Positions 47,199 to 58,980 of a DNA stretch of 64,000 nt are shown here, in pieces; the first letter of the stretch is position 1, and every line of letters begins with the position of its first letter. This DNA comes from Macrostomum lignano (Eukaryota), in NCBI GenBank assembly GCA_002269645.1, contig NIVC01000114.1, forward strand, positions 868,001 to 932,000, given 5' to 3'. Made by a program: the position numbers and the translations under genes. A model generated the notes under the pieces. The model ran no database searches. It worked only from the letters and a program-made list of their open reading frames with translations, and was not told the DNA's origin.

Positions 47199-50100
47199 TC
47201 ATGAAATCGGAGCATCATAGGTATTATCAGGTTGCTGGCCATCATGAAATGCGACATCGCCAGGTGCGACAGCTTCATCAGGTACCTAATTGAGTATTTT
47301 AGTTTGGGTATGCAAAATGTTCAGCTGGTTGTATAAATTTCAGGCTTCTGTGAGATGATGGATGCATTCTGTGAGATGATGGATGGGATCTGTGAGATTG
47401 TGGATGGATTCTGTGAGATGGCGGATAGATTCTGTGAGATCGGGGATCGATTCTGTGAGATGATGGATGAATTCTGTGAGATGATGAATGAATTCTGTGA
47501 GATGATGGATGAACTCTGTGAGATGGGGGGTCAATTCTGTGAGATGGGGATCGATTCTGTGAGATGATGGATGAATTCTGTGAGATAGGGGATCGATTCT
47601 GTGAGATGATGGATAAATTCTGTGAGATGATGGATGAATTCTGTGAGATGGTATATGGATTCTGTGTTTTCTTGAGTAAATCTATAAGTACATATATCCT
47701 AATAATTTAAGTGCAATGCACCTGCTCCAACGATTGATCCTCGGACAGATCGATGCCCTCATCGGTCGGAGTGGGTGGCAGGGCTCGACCAGCATTGGCT
47801 CCCTGGTAAAACATTAAATTTCCGTTTTTAAAAAATAATCATGTTTTATTGGTTCTTGACGTTAACATTGATTAAAACAAACTTTTGTTCATTACTTTTC
47901 AATCAAATCGGCAATGAATAGGTTTTTTATTTGTTCTATTTTTTTCGTGATCTACAAGATTTGATTGTTCTTTAGAACGAAAAACTTTAAAAAATGATTT
48001 GTAAACTTTTAATTTTAGATAAATTTACGAGTAGATAAATAGAACTTAAAGATCTTGTATATAGGTAAATATAAATTCCATACATGCAAGAGAGCTTGAC
48101 TAAAGTGACCATTGGCACATTTTAACAAAAAAGTAAACTTGTTGATTTAAAATCCAGAACACAATTTCACACTTACTAAACAAACGTAGCTAAGAGAACC
48201 GGGCAAACCAGTATCCTGACTACCGTCCGCCTCGAGTGGATTTTCGTAAGTGTACACCTAAATTTGAAGAAAAAATATGCCAAGTTAGTTTTCTACTGCA
48301 ACTACACATCGCGTGAAGTTATTAGTCTTATTACACAATTAAAGAAACTTACCGCGCTAGAGTCTCTTTGATCAGCGACAAGGTAGCCACTGCTAGGACG
48401 CAGCTCTACATTTGCGTCTGCATGAGGCACCGGCTGACTTCCATTGGATTCGCTGTCAGAGGCAGCGCTTTGAGAAGTTGGACGACAATTTAGCTTCTTT
48501 TTTAAATAAACTGCTGATGATGCTGGAATGAAGTCATCGATAAATGGGTGTCTTATTTGGGGCATGTTGGGGTTCTGTGGGATGATGGATGGGTTCTGTC
48601 AGATGGTGGATGGATTCTGTGAGATGGTGGATGGGTTCTGTCAGATGGTGGATGGGTTCTGTGAGATGATTGATGGATTCTGTCAGATGATGGATAGATC
48701 CTGTGAGATGATGGATGGATTCTGTGAGATGGTGGATGGGTTCTGTGAGATGGTGGATGGGTTCTGTGAGATGGTGGATGGGTTCTGTGAGATGGTGGAT
48801 GGGTTCTGTGAGATGGTGGATGGGTTCTGTGAGATAGTGGATGGGTTCTGTGAGATGGTGGATGAGTTCTGTGAGATGATGGATTGGGTCTTTGAAATAA
48901 TAGATAGGTTCGGTGACATGGTGAATGATGTGATGATAATGAGTTTTTTCAGCACATGTATCTTTTCTACCCCTCACCGATAGCAATCAAGATGACAACA
49001 ACAAGCGCGGCGCCAACCGCAACAACAATAGCTGTGGGAAAATCAGCAGGTGACGCATCCTTGACGGAACACTCTTTGCCAAGAAATCCAGCAGGACAGT
49101 CGCATTTGAAGTCGTTCCAAAGAGCCACACATTGGCCACCATTTAAGCAGACATTGGAAGGAGTTTTCTGGCAAACCACGTCGCCATGACAACCAGTCAG
49201 GATTGAAGACGCAGCCATCCAATTAAATCCCGAATAACCGCTTGGCAGGGAGCGATTGACGAGTGGCACCAAGTAACCGTTGAGTCGCAAGTTGTCAAGG
49301 CAACCCTTGAATCCGGGGCCCCCAGCTGTAACCGTAGCAGAAGAATCCAGGATCAAACCAGCTGGAATCGGCGTTGTGTCTGCCAACACCCGGAAATCGC
49401 TAGCATTGGTCGACACACCAGCGGTCAAAAAGCCACCCTCAGCACAACTAATACTGAAGTTAAATGGTAAACCTGTTGCTATGGAAACCGCCACCAATAC
49501 TGTCCGGTCGTTAAGAGAGACTTTAAAGTGTCCGGACTCGCAACCAACTGACAGCTGATGACTGCCGCTGAGCACGGTCAGTAGATGGCAGTCTGACTGA
49601 CGAGTGCGGGCCCAGCCGGTAACCGCAGTCAGAGTTTCGTTGAGACCAGTCACCGATAATGCAATCTGGCTGCTTGATGGCGATATCAGAGAGCTGCCAA
49701 ATGTTGCAGCTGTGCGGCCTGAGTTTCAGAGGAAATTTAGCCACATGTCAAAATAGAAATACAAGAGAGTGCTACTAACAGTAGTCTATAACTCACACTC
49801 AAATCCGCCAGAGTCCAATTGTACGCACTTCGTTCCGTTAGGGCAGTATTGGTCAGCAAAATAACAATGGTCTTTCATTGTACAATTGGGTCCGAACCAT
49901 CCCTCAGTGCAGTTGCACCTGTGAAAACAGTTACACGGCAAGAAGATTTTAATTTATCGCCAACTGGTCAAGAAACAGCTATCTACAACTCACGTATAGG
50001 AATTGTAGAAAGCATTAGTGCAAACAGCTCCGTTCTTGCAAGGCAAGAATGTCTGGCAAGCATTCTCCGTAGATACGCCAGTGAGCACTGATGAGTAGCT

Positions 50101-53100
50101 AGCTGAGACAGCCTCTGGCAAGCTGTCGATCAAGCTGGAGGTTACAGGACCGAGAATCAGTGGCCGGTCACCGTTCAGTCTCGCAGATCCAACGATGCCA
50201 CGAAACGCGGTGATGTTGTCTGGCAACAGAGATGCGACGCCGCTAGGAAGACTCGGCGCTGATCTCTTTGACCGAGAGACACCAGCCGAAGAATCAACAA
50301 GCGACGGAGCCGGGGCTGCCCGAAGACCGCTGAAGCCGCCGATGATGAGCTGGCCTGACAGCTGCGGCAGCGGACTCGCACTGCTCAGCGATGCCGACCT
50401 GACTGAAGATGACACTGACAGCGACAGCGAGCGACCCGATATCGACACGGAGATCTTCACGGACACGAAGCTGCCGGTGGCCACCGAGTCTGAGGACGTC
50501 AGCGCTGCGATGTGGGAGCCGTTGCCGTGCAGTAACTGGGCGGACAGACGGCCAGAATGATCGATCTGAAAAGATTGAAACAAATACTGAAAAAATCTGA
50601 AAATACTTTACAATCAAAGACATCAAAAAAGGACACTGACCGTAGCGAGCAGTCTCGGAGTGGTCGCCGAGTCGCTCGGGTCGCCCAGCAGAAGCAGAAA
50701 CGCACCTCGAGACAAAGTCACCAGCCTCAGCTCAATCGTCCACGAGTTATTAGCAGTGAAATTCGAGTCAGCAGGAATTAGGGACAAAAAACTAGCTGAT
50801 GAAGCGTTGCCGTCCAGTCCAAACGCAAAATCGGGAAGCTGGACCGAACAGTTGCGTCCCGTAAAGCTCCGCTCCAGGCTGCACACGCACCGGTAGTCGT
50901 GCAGGGGAGTCGGGAACTCCTGCAAGAGAATCGGCTGGCACGTGGCGCCGTTCTGGCACCAGTTGGAGTCGCAGCCGGTGAGGCTCACCGAGCACTTCCT
51001 GCCGCCCAGTCCGGCAGGGCAGTTCGCGCACTCGAAATCCGCCAGCCGGTCGATGCAGGTCGCTCTGCTGGGACACGGCGGGGGCAGCGACCGACACTCG
51101 TCGATCTCTCGGCTGCAGTTTGAGCCCTCGTAGCCGGGCAGGCAGTGGCAGGTGAATGAGGCCAGGCCGTCCGTGCAGCTCGACGCGTGAACGCACACGC
51201 TGCGGTTGGTGGCCGGGTCCAGACAGTCGTTCGGGTTGATCTCGCAGTGGGTTCCATAGGCACCTGCACGAGAACTCGTAGATGTATTTTACGTGTAAAA
51301 TGCTTCTAGAACAATTCCAGATAAGTAAAGCAAATCAAAACAGTACCAGATGGGCACCAGCAGATGTAGCCGGCAGCCATCGAATAGTTAAAGGTGCCGT
51401 TGAACGGTGGCGGGTAACCAGCCAGTCCGTAGTACTTCTGGTTGCTGATCTCCAGACAACGACCCTCGTTTTTACACAGGTGCGGCGTGCAGTCCTCGTA
51501 GTCAAGGGAGCAGTCTGGGCCGGAGAATCCATCGTAGCAGTTGCAGGTGTAATTTCTGAACCCGTCGATGCAGGCCGCCCCGTTCTGGCACCGATTCGGC
51601 ATGCAGTTGTCAATGCGGTTCTGGCAATTTGCGCCGTAAAAGTCCGTCATGGAACAGTCGCAGGTGTAACTTCTCAAGCCGTCGGTGCATTTGCCACCAT
51701 TTTGACACGGGTTCGGTTGGCAATCGTTGATCCACAAGTTGCAATTTGTACCTTCGTAATCTGTGTCTTGACAATAGCACGTGTACCTGAGTAGGAGTAG
51801 TTATTACATGCAATTTAATCCAATATACTAAAAATGAAAATCTTGCTTGTTTGTTTGTACGCAATCGATTAGAGAAAAAATGGCTGGACCGATTTTCATG
51901 AGATTTGCACTGTTCGATCAGAAATTTGTACCTTCGTAATCTGTGTCTTGACAATAGCACGTGTACCTGAGTAGGAGTAGTTATTACATGCAATTTAATA
52001 CGCTACTGATAGTCTATTGTACCAGCGTTGGTGTTGAATCAATGTCAGATGTTTTACCATCAACTTCTCAATTAAAAAAAGAAGCAGCCTACTCCTACTT
52101 GCATGGTAAGTACATGCTTAACTCCTCTTATGAACTAACTACATTGTTACAAGCAGGGGCGTCGCCACCGGGGGGGGGGACATGCCCCCCCCCAGTAAAA
52201 TCTATGGGGGGACATGACAATGCTTTGTCCCCCCAACCCACCTTGTGACTCGTTGTGGAAAGCAAAAATTTTGTTTCAGGATGCTTAAATATAGCACCTG
52301 GGGCGCTAAAATGAGTAACTGCAGCGCTAAAAAATAGCGCTGACAATCAGCAGGGGCGTCGCCATGGATTTTATGGTGGGGGGGGACAAAGCCAACAATT
52401 ATACATGTACATGTACATGACTAAGTTCCTACATGTACATTATTTTCAGAATTGGTATTGTCAGTACTCAATTTAGCGCCGCAGCCACTCATTTTAGCGC
52501 CGCAGATACTCATTTTAGCGCCACAGGCACTCATTTTAGCGTCACAGGCACTCATTTTAGCGCTGCAGGCACTCATTTTAGCGCTGCAGGCACTCATTTT
52601 AGCACCACAACACTCATTTTAGCGCCTCAGGCACTCATTTTGGCGCCACAACACTCATTTTAGCGCCACAGCACTCATTTTAGCGCCGCAGGCACTCATT
52701 TTAGCGCCACAGCACTCATTTTAGCGCCGCAGGCACTCATTTTGGCATGACCCCCCTGTTGGCGACGCCCCTGCTGAAAATTACACAACTTTCAAAATAA
52801 TGTTACAGTAGGAATTTAGTCATGTATATGTAAATGTAAAACTCTGCTTTTTCCCCTTCATAAAATCTATGGCGACGCCCCTGGTTAAATGCTTGATTAT
52901 TAAAGTTGTGTTCAGTTGAGCTTATTTGTGTTACAGATTTATTTGATCGCGTATACATGAGTAGATCGATGTACAAGCATGTTTTAGTTTGAATTGTTTT
53001 ATTAATTAGTTATACATGTACTCTATAGATGTAAGTGTAGTTAAGAAGAAACACAACTTCAAAAGTTATTAAAACACAAAAAACCAATATTTTAGCTGTG

Positions 53101-53655
53101 TGAACAAACATCATTGGTGACTTTTGATTGATTATAATGTAATTTTCTTCGTTATAACAAAAACTTTACATGTATATTTTAGTGTATGTTGTTCTTGAAT
53201 GCACACATTTTTTGCCACCTGGGCATGTTTAGAAGCGATGGTTAGAGACTCTAATCTATCGATTGTTTAGTTGCCAAGGCATCAGCAGCAAAACTTCAAT
53301 CTTGCTTGAATTAACATTTTTGCACACATTTTTGCCACCTAAGCATGTTTAGAAGCGATGGTTAGAGACTCTAATCTATCGATTGTTTACTTGCCAAGGC
53401 ATTAGCAGCAAAACTTCAATCTTGCTTGTTAACACTGTGCTCAAGCTGTAGGACTCACGTCGTCTCTCCACTGCTACACAAGCCGCCGTTTTGACACGGC
53501 TTCGATTGGCAATAGTCCACGCTAGATGCGGCTCGCCGCGATGCAGTCAGCTGCAGTTCTAAGCCCTGGCAACTGCCCAGCAACCAGCAGCAGTGGAAAT
53601 AGTAAACAAATAATAGACTTTTGACAACCATAACTATCTGTAGACATTGTGCCAT
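47199..53655 (-). CDS. Crumbs-like EGF/laminin-G type I membrane protein, array copy 5 (complete model, two LamG)
   Basis: Exons 53655-53459 (signal MAQCLQIVMVVKSLLFVYYFHCCWLLGSCQG + EGF start), 51786-51347, 51263-50641, 50565-49994, 49918-49797, 49718-48978 (LamG, EGF, TM AIVVAVGAALVVVILIAI), 48522-48353, 48257-48177, 47802-47722, 47285-47199. Phases all compatible. Confidence 0.78.
47345..47665. repeat. Related 21-bp minisatellite (ttctgtgagatgatggatgaa), last intron of copy 5
   Basis: About 15 units at the position homologous to 34802-36120. Confidence 0.9.
48575..48885. repeat. Related 21-bp minisatellite (ttctgtgagatggtggatggg), post-TM intron of copy 5
   Basis: About 15 tandem units. 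Confidence 0.9.
52154..52883. mobile_element. Two CAGGGGCGTCGCCA-terminated MITE-like units enclosing a 21-bp tandem repeat
   Basis: Left ends at 52154 and 52351, right ends (tggcgacgcccctg) at 52773 and 52883. Confidence 0.65.
52468..52745. repeat. 21-bp tandem repeat cactcattttagcgccgcagg
   Basis: About 13 units inside the MITE-like element. Confidence 0.9.
53195..53428. repeat. ~120-bp tandem duplication
   Basis: gcacacatttttgccacct..cttcaatcttgcttg occurs twice. Confidence 0.85.
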
Positions 53656-54172
53656 TGTGCCGTCTGAAGTATAAATTTGAAAACTCAACAAATGCAAGAA
53701 TTGTGAAACTCTGCTAACTCAAAATTGAAATCAAAACAGCCAAAGTTTAACTAGTGCAACAAATTAAAATTAATAATCATGAAAAACACATACTTTACTT
53801 AACTAAAAAGTTACTATATAAAAATCATAAGTCCGTATTTATTGTCAATTGGTATTTTAATAAACGATATATACATATATTAAATGTCTAATTAAAAATT
53901 TCTTCAAGCAAAGTTAATTAGTGCGCAATATCTATTGTAGAATTTCTTGATACAATTATATTTTGACATTATTAATTGAATAGATATAAACAGAGAGAAT
54001 GCTAGAGATAAAACAGAGCATAGTTAAAACACGCAAGTTACTAAAAAAACTATAAACTAAGAAAATTATCAAGCAGATGCACTACAGATTTACTAAAATC
54101 ATAGCAAGAATAAAATTTGCAGTAGAATTTTCTTAAAAATGATCTAAGCTAAGTAAAGTATGCTCTTATAGT

Positions 54173-54425
54173 GGGGTTGTAGCCCAGTGGTTAGAGCGTC
54201 GGACGCAAGACTGAAAGGTCGGAGGTTCGATTCTCAACCCAATTTGGAACAATGTGTCTTTGGGCAAGACACTTAACTCTGCGTTGCTTCAGTTTACCCC
54301 CAGCTGTAAAAATGGGTGCTAGCATTAGCTGGGGTTTAATTGAGGGTGTGTGTGTGTGTGTATGTGGCGACCCCCCCCCCCTAAGTTCATATGCGCCGCG
54401 CTATAGCTGCGACTGAGCTGTTAGT
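54173..54425 (+). mobile_element. tRNA-headed SINE with CORE-like central domain
   Basis: A box GTAGCCCAGTGG, B box GGTTCGATTC, then gtgtctttgggcaagacacttaac..cagctgtaaaaatggg and a (GT)n tract. Confidence 0.75.
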
Positions 54426-54454
54426 TAATTAAACCAGTTTGACCATCTACTAGA

Positions 54455-54922
54455 GCAGATCGAGGTTGGCAAACTTCGGCCCGGGAAGCCTCTTATCCGG
54501 CCCTTGGCTCATTTGAAACTTCACAATAGCAATTCGGCCTGCTCAATGCTTGTGTCTCTTCTCTCCTCTCTCCTATCCCTTCTCCCCCCTACCCCCCTCT
54601 CTCTTCACTCCCCTCTTTCCTCTCTCTCCCCTATAACCCTCTCCTCTCTTCCCTCTCTAGCTCCTCTCTCATATCTCCCCTCTATCTCTCCTCTCCCTCG
54701 CTCTTCTCTCCCCTCACACCTCTCCTCTCTCCCCCTCTCTATTCTAACCCCTCTCTCCTCTGTCCCCTCTATTCTCTCCCTTCTTTCGTCTGTCTCCTCT
54801 TTTCTCATCTTGTCTTGTTTCTTATCTCTTCTATTCCCCCTCCTTTTCTCACTCATCTAGCCTGCAGCCATGAGCTAAATTCTACATCCGCCCCTTGAGG
54901 TAAAAAAGTCTGCCGAGCCCTG
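54455..54922. mobile_element. Degenerate hAT/Charlie-like non-autonomous element with internal CT-rich tract
   Basis: Ends gaggttggcaaac..cggcccg and ccggccc..aaagtctgccgagccctg resemble CAGGGGTCGGCAAAC-type termini; a similar single end finishes at 2545. Confidence 0.45.
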
Positions 54923-55031
54923 TACTATAGAAATCGGACTTCTCTCCACCCAATTAGTCTATGGAAAATCCTCATATACATTTCCTACTACTACATGCAG
55001 ATAACAGGAATGCGAGCAGAATTCTGTCAAG

Positions 55032-56075
55032 TTAATCAGACTTTTTATCAGTAGCAGCGGCAGCCCGTTTGCCATCTCGTACCAGCTGGTACAGCGACCT
55101 CAGATAGACCAAACCGATGACACGGAACAGGCCACCCAGAGCGCACTGGGCCATGGTATCCAGCCAGCCAGTAGGCGGACTGAACCCCGCAGTCAGACAG
55201 CCAACCAGCCAACCATCCGAGCCGAAGCAACTCAAAAACCTGCCATCAATCAAATCTTTAACCAACTGCTCAGCAATCTGATCGGCAGAATACAGCGAGA
55301 TATTGGCACTGATGCTAGCAGTGATAGCCGGCTTGCTGGCGTTCTCAGTCTGATAGCCGGGCGTGTCCGTGTCCGGTGGGAACGCCAGCACCAGTCTCAC
55401 TTGGCTGGCTGCCAGCTCCATCTGAAGGGCTTCGGCCAAGCCGCGGAGAGCGAACTTGGCGGCCCCGTAGCCGGTGTAGCCGTAGACACCCAGCTGACCA
55501 GCTACACTGGACAGGAAGGCAATTCTAGCGGGCTGGCCCGCTGCCAACAGCCTGGGCAGCAGGCAGTGAGTCAGCCGCATTGCAGCAGTATAATTAGTAG
55601 CCATCTGACTCTCGTGCTGAGCCAGACTCAGCTGTTCAAACTCTAACGGCAAAGCGTAGCCGGCGCAGTTGACAACGCCTAGCAACGGTTGAGTCACTGT
55701 TGCTAAGTGACTGTCAAGATCAGCTTGAAGCTTATCCGGATCGCCAGTTAAATCAATTGATAACAAGTAGATAGCAGCCTCGGATTCGCTCAGTTCAGGC
55801 GAATCGGCTAGCAATTCGGCCTTAGCAACTGCTAACTTTTTAGCGTCCCTAGCAACAATAGTCAGATGAGCCCCCAGACGGCGCAGACGCCGGCACAGAG
55901 CAAAACCAATGCCGCTAGAGCCACCCGACACCACGAAATGGCCGCCGCGAGGATTCAACTTGTTGCTAGGGAGAATTCGGTTGAGAACTAGCCAGTAGCA
56001 CAGGCTGAACAGAAGGCTGGCGGCTCCTAAAGCTGCCGCCACAATGCCTGACCAATAGCAGAGGGAGCAGTCCAT
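55032..56075 (-). CDS. KDSR: 3-ketodihydrosphingosine reductase (SDR family; FVT1/TSC10 orthologue)
   Basis: 347-aa uninterrupted ORF with N-terminal hydrophobic anchor, SGGSSGIG nucleotide-binding motif, YGAAK catalytic YxxxK, the KDSR-typical FPPDTDTPG motif and a C-terminal hydrophobic segment. Confidence 0.93.
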   Translation of the reverse strand: MDCSLCYWSGIVAAALGAASLLFSLCYWLVLNRILPSNKLNPRGGHFVVSGGSSGIGFALCRRLRRLGAHLTIVARDAKKLAVAKAELLADSPELSESEAAIYLLSIDLTGDPDKLQADLDSHLATVTQPLLGVVNCAGYALPLEFEQLSLAQHESQMATNYTAAMRLTHCLLPRLLAAGQPARIAFLSSVAGQLGVYGYTGYGAAKFALRGLAEALQMELAASQVRLVLAFPPDTDTPGYQTENASKPAITASISANISLYSADQIAEQLVKDLIDGRFLSCFGSDGWLVGCLTAGFSPPTGWLDTMAQCALGGLFRVIGLVYLRSLYQLVRDGKRAAAATDKKSD

Positions 56076-56169
56076 GCATATAAACGGTTTAGTCCTTTTA
56101 GGGAGCTTTCTTACAAATATAAAGTACCTGAAATTAGGGCTAAAACATTTAAACTCTAATTTGTGGCTT

Positions 56170-57415
56170 ACGGGGGAATTGATGAGATGCCAAAACGCTT
56201 AAGGGGGAATTTTGGAGATGCCAAACGCTTGAAGGGGAATTGCTGATATGCTAAAGGCTTAATTAAAGGGGAATGGCTAAGATGCCAAAGGCTAACGGGG
56301 GAATTGCTGAGATGCCAAAGGCTAACTGGGGGAATTGCTGAGATGCCAAAGGCTTAAAGGGGGATTGCTGAGATGCCAAAGGCTAACTGGGGGAATTGCT
56401 GAGATGCCAAAGGCTAACGGGGGGGGGTTGCTGAGATGCCAAAGGCTAACGGGGGGGGTTGCTGAGATGCCAAAGGCTAACGGGGGAATTGCTGAGATGC
56501 CAAAGGCTAACTGGGGGAATTGCTGAGATGCCAAAGGCTAACGGGGGGGGGGGTTGCTGAGATGCCAAAGGCTAACGGGGGAATTGCTGAGATGCCAAAG
56601 GCTAACTGGGGGAATTGCTGAGATGCCAAAGGCTAACTGGGGGAATTGCTGAGATGCCAAAGGCTAACGGAGGGGTTGCTGAGATGCCAAAGGCTAACGG
56701 AGGGGTTGCTGAGATGCCAAAGGCTAACGGGGAAATTGCTGAGATTCCAAAGGCTAACTGGGGGAATTGCTGAGATGCCAAAGGCTAACGGAGGGGTTGC
56801 TGAGATGCCAAAGGCTAACGGAGGGGTTGCTGAGATGCCAAAGGCTAACGGGGAAATTGCTGAGATTCCAAAGGCTTAAAGGGGAATTGCTGAGATTCCA
56901 AAGGCTTAAAGGGGAATTGCTGAGATTCCAAAGGCTTAAAGGGGAATTGCTGAGATTCCAAAGGCTTAAAGGGGAATTGCTGAGATTCCAAAGGCTTAAA
57001 GGGGAATTGCTGAGATTCCAAAGGCTTAAAGGGGAATTGCTGAGATTCCAAAGGCTTAAAATGGGAATTGCTGAGATTCCAAAGGCTTAAAGGGGAATTG
57101 CTGAGATGCCAAAGGCTAACTGGGGGAATTGCTGAGATGCCAAAGGCTAACTGGGGGAATTGCTGAGATTCCAAAGGCTTAAAGGGGAATTGCTGAGATG
57201 CCAAAGGCTTAAAGGGGAATTGCTGAGATGCCAAAGGCTAACTGGGGGAATTGCTGAGATGCCAAAGGCTAACTGGGGGAATTGCTGAGATTCCAAAGGC
57301 CTAAAGGGGAATTGCTGAGATGCCAAAGGCTTAAAGGGGAATTGCTGAGATGCGAAAGGCTTAAAGGGGAATTGCTGAGATGCCAAAGGCTTAAAGGGGA
57401 ATTGCTGAGATGCTT
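56170..57415. repeat. ~30-bp minisatellite ggggaattgctgagat(g/t)ccaaaggct(taaa/aac)
   Basis: About 40 units upstream of KDSR; no spacers. Confidence 0.95.
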
Positions 57416-58299
57416 ACATAGTTTAACCGCTAATTTATAAATTATATCTAAGATTAATATAACACTACTTAAACAACTAAGCGTAAGTAGTATATGAAAG
57501 CAAATCTTATATATTTCAAGAAAAAACTTTCAGAAAAACTTGACAAACTTATCTAAATTGTTTACTAGTAAAACATTCATGAGACTAATAAAAAAGATTG
57601 AAAAAATGCATGTAGACTCAGATGAATTCAACCCATTACCAAGCAGGCTTGCAGCCCTAGTTTTATAGTAAATACATTTATATTTGAAAAAACTTAATTT
57701 TTCTGTCACAATAGATTTTGATCGCAGATAATTTTAAAAAAAGGAATAAACGCATGTAACACTCGCAGTCAAGATAAATATGCTTGCTACTAATTTGATA
57801 GGCTGGTGTTGGCTTCAAGCAAAACAAAATTGGGATCTCTGCTTCTAGAGGCGATATGTATCGATTTTATATTAGATTTTCTCCGCTGGCAATTAAAAAG
57901 CTTCAAACACAATTAATACAGTTGAGTCTACACTGAACTTGAAGAACATAAGCTTTGAGCTGGAGAATAATACGGTACTAAGATTGAAAAGAGTAGGATT
58001 CTAAAAATAGATTGAGAAACGGAGACAGGGTGAGAGAGCAGAAAAAAAATATAATTATGTTTATCCATCATTAAGTGTCGCGCAAAGCATAAATAGCCGT
58101 AGCATCCGGGATTTTACTAGGTAAATATTGTATTCTTGTAAACATCTTTTGTTGAATTATGCATGCCATACATTAAATGGATAATATCTGTTACAATATG
58201 TGGTTAGCAATGATGTTACCGTCTACATGTATAAGCGTTATGGTGATGCAAAAGTTTAAAACTAATAAATTTAGTTATCGGGTTGCAATTAACACATTG

Positions 58300-58822
58300 G
58301 AGAGAGTTCAAGGACTCTTATAAGTGTTTAGATTGGGAGTCTAAGGGCTCTTATAAGTATTTAGATTGGGAGTCTAAGGACTCTTATAAGTGTTTAGACT
58401 GGGAGTCTAAGGACTCTTATAAGTGTTTAGATTGGGAGTCTAAGGACTCTTATAAGTGTTTGGACTGGGAGTCTAAGGACTCTTATAAGTGTTTAGATTG
58501 GGAGTCTAAGGACTCTTATAAGTGTTTAGACTGGGAGTCTAAGGACTCTTATAAGTGTTTGGATTGGGAGTCTAAGGACTCTTATAAGTATTTAGATTGG
58601 GAGTCTAAGGACTCTTATAAGTTTTTAGATCGAAGAGCTTAAGGACTCTTAAAAAGTGTTTAGATTGGAGAGTTTAAGGACTCCTAAATAATGTTTAGAC
58701 TGGGGAGTTCAAGGACTCCTAAATAGTGTTTAGATTGGGGAGTTCAAGGACTCCTAAATAATGTTTAGATTGGGGAGTTCAAGGACTCCTAAATAGTGTT
58801 TAGATTGTGGGTTTTAAGGACT
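58300..58822. repeat. 33-bp minisatellite gtttagattgggagtctaaggactcttataagt
   Basis: About 15 units between ALG2 and KDSR. Confidence 0.95.
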
Positions 58823-58980
58823 CAAATGTCATAAATTTCGGATTTAAAAAGTCAGCAAAAGTTTAGAACAGAAGCAATTTCTTTAACCATGATTTCAGTA
58901 GCTAATGACTAATTTAAATCAAATATTGACGCAATAAAAATCTTCAAGCAGACACAAAAGTCCTGACTTGATGTGAAGTT

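Noticed and set aside
1-53655. Notch, fibropellin or canonical crumbs orthologue assignment
   Set aside because: No LNR/ankyrin, CUB or avidin domains are seen and the GTY/ERLI tail is absent, so no gene symbol is given.
56170-58822. 30-33-bp palindromic repeats resembling CRISPR repeats
   Set aside because: Units are directly adjacent with no unique spacers, there are no cas genes, and the context is eukaryotic.
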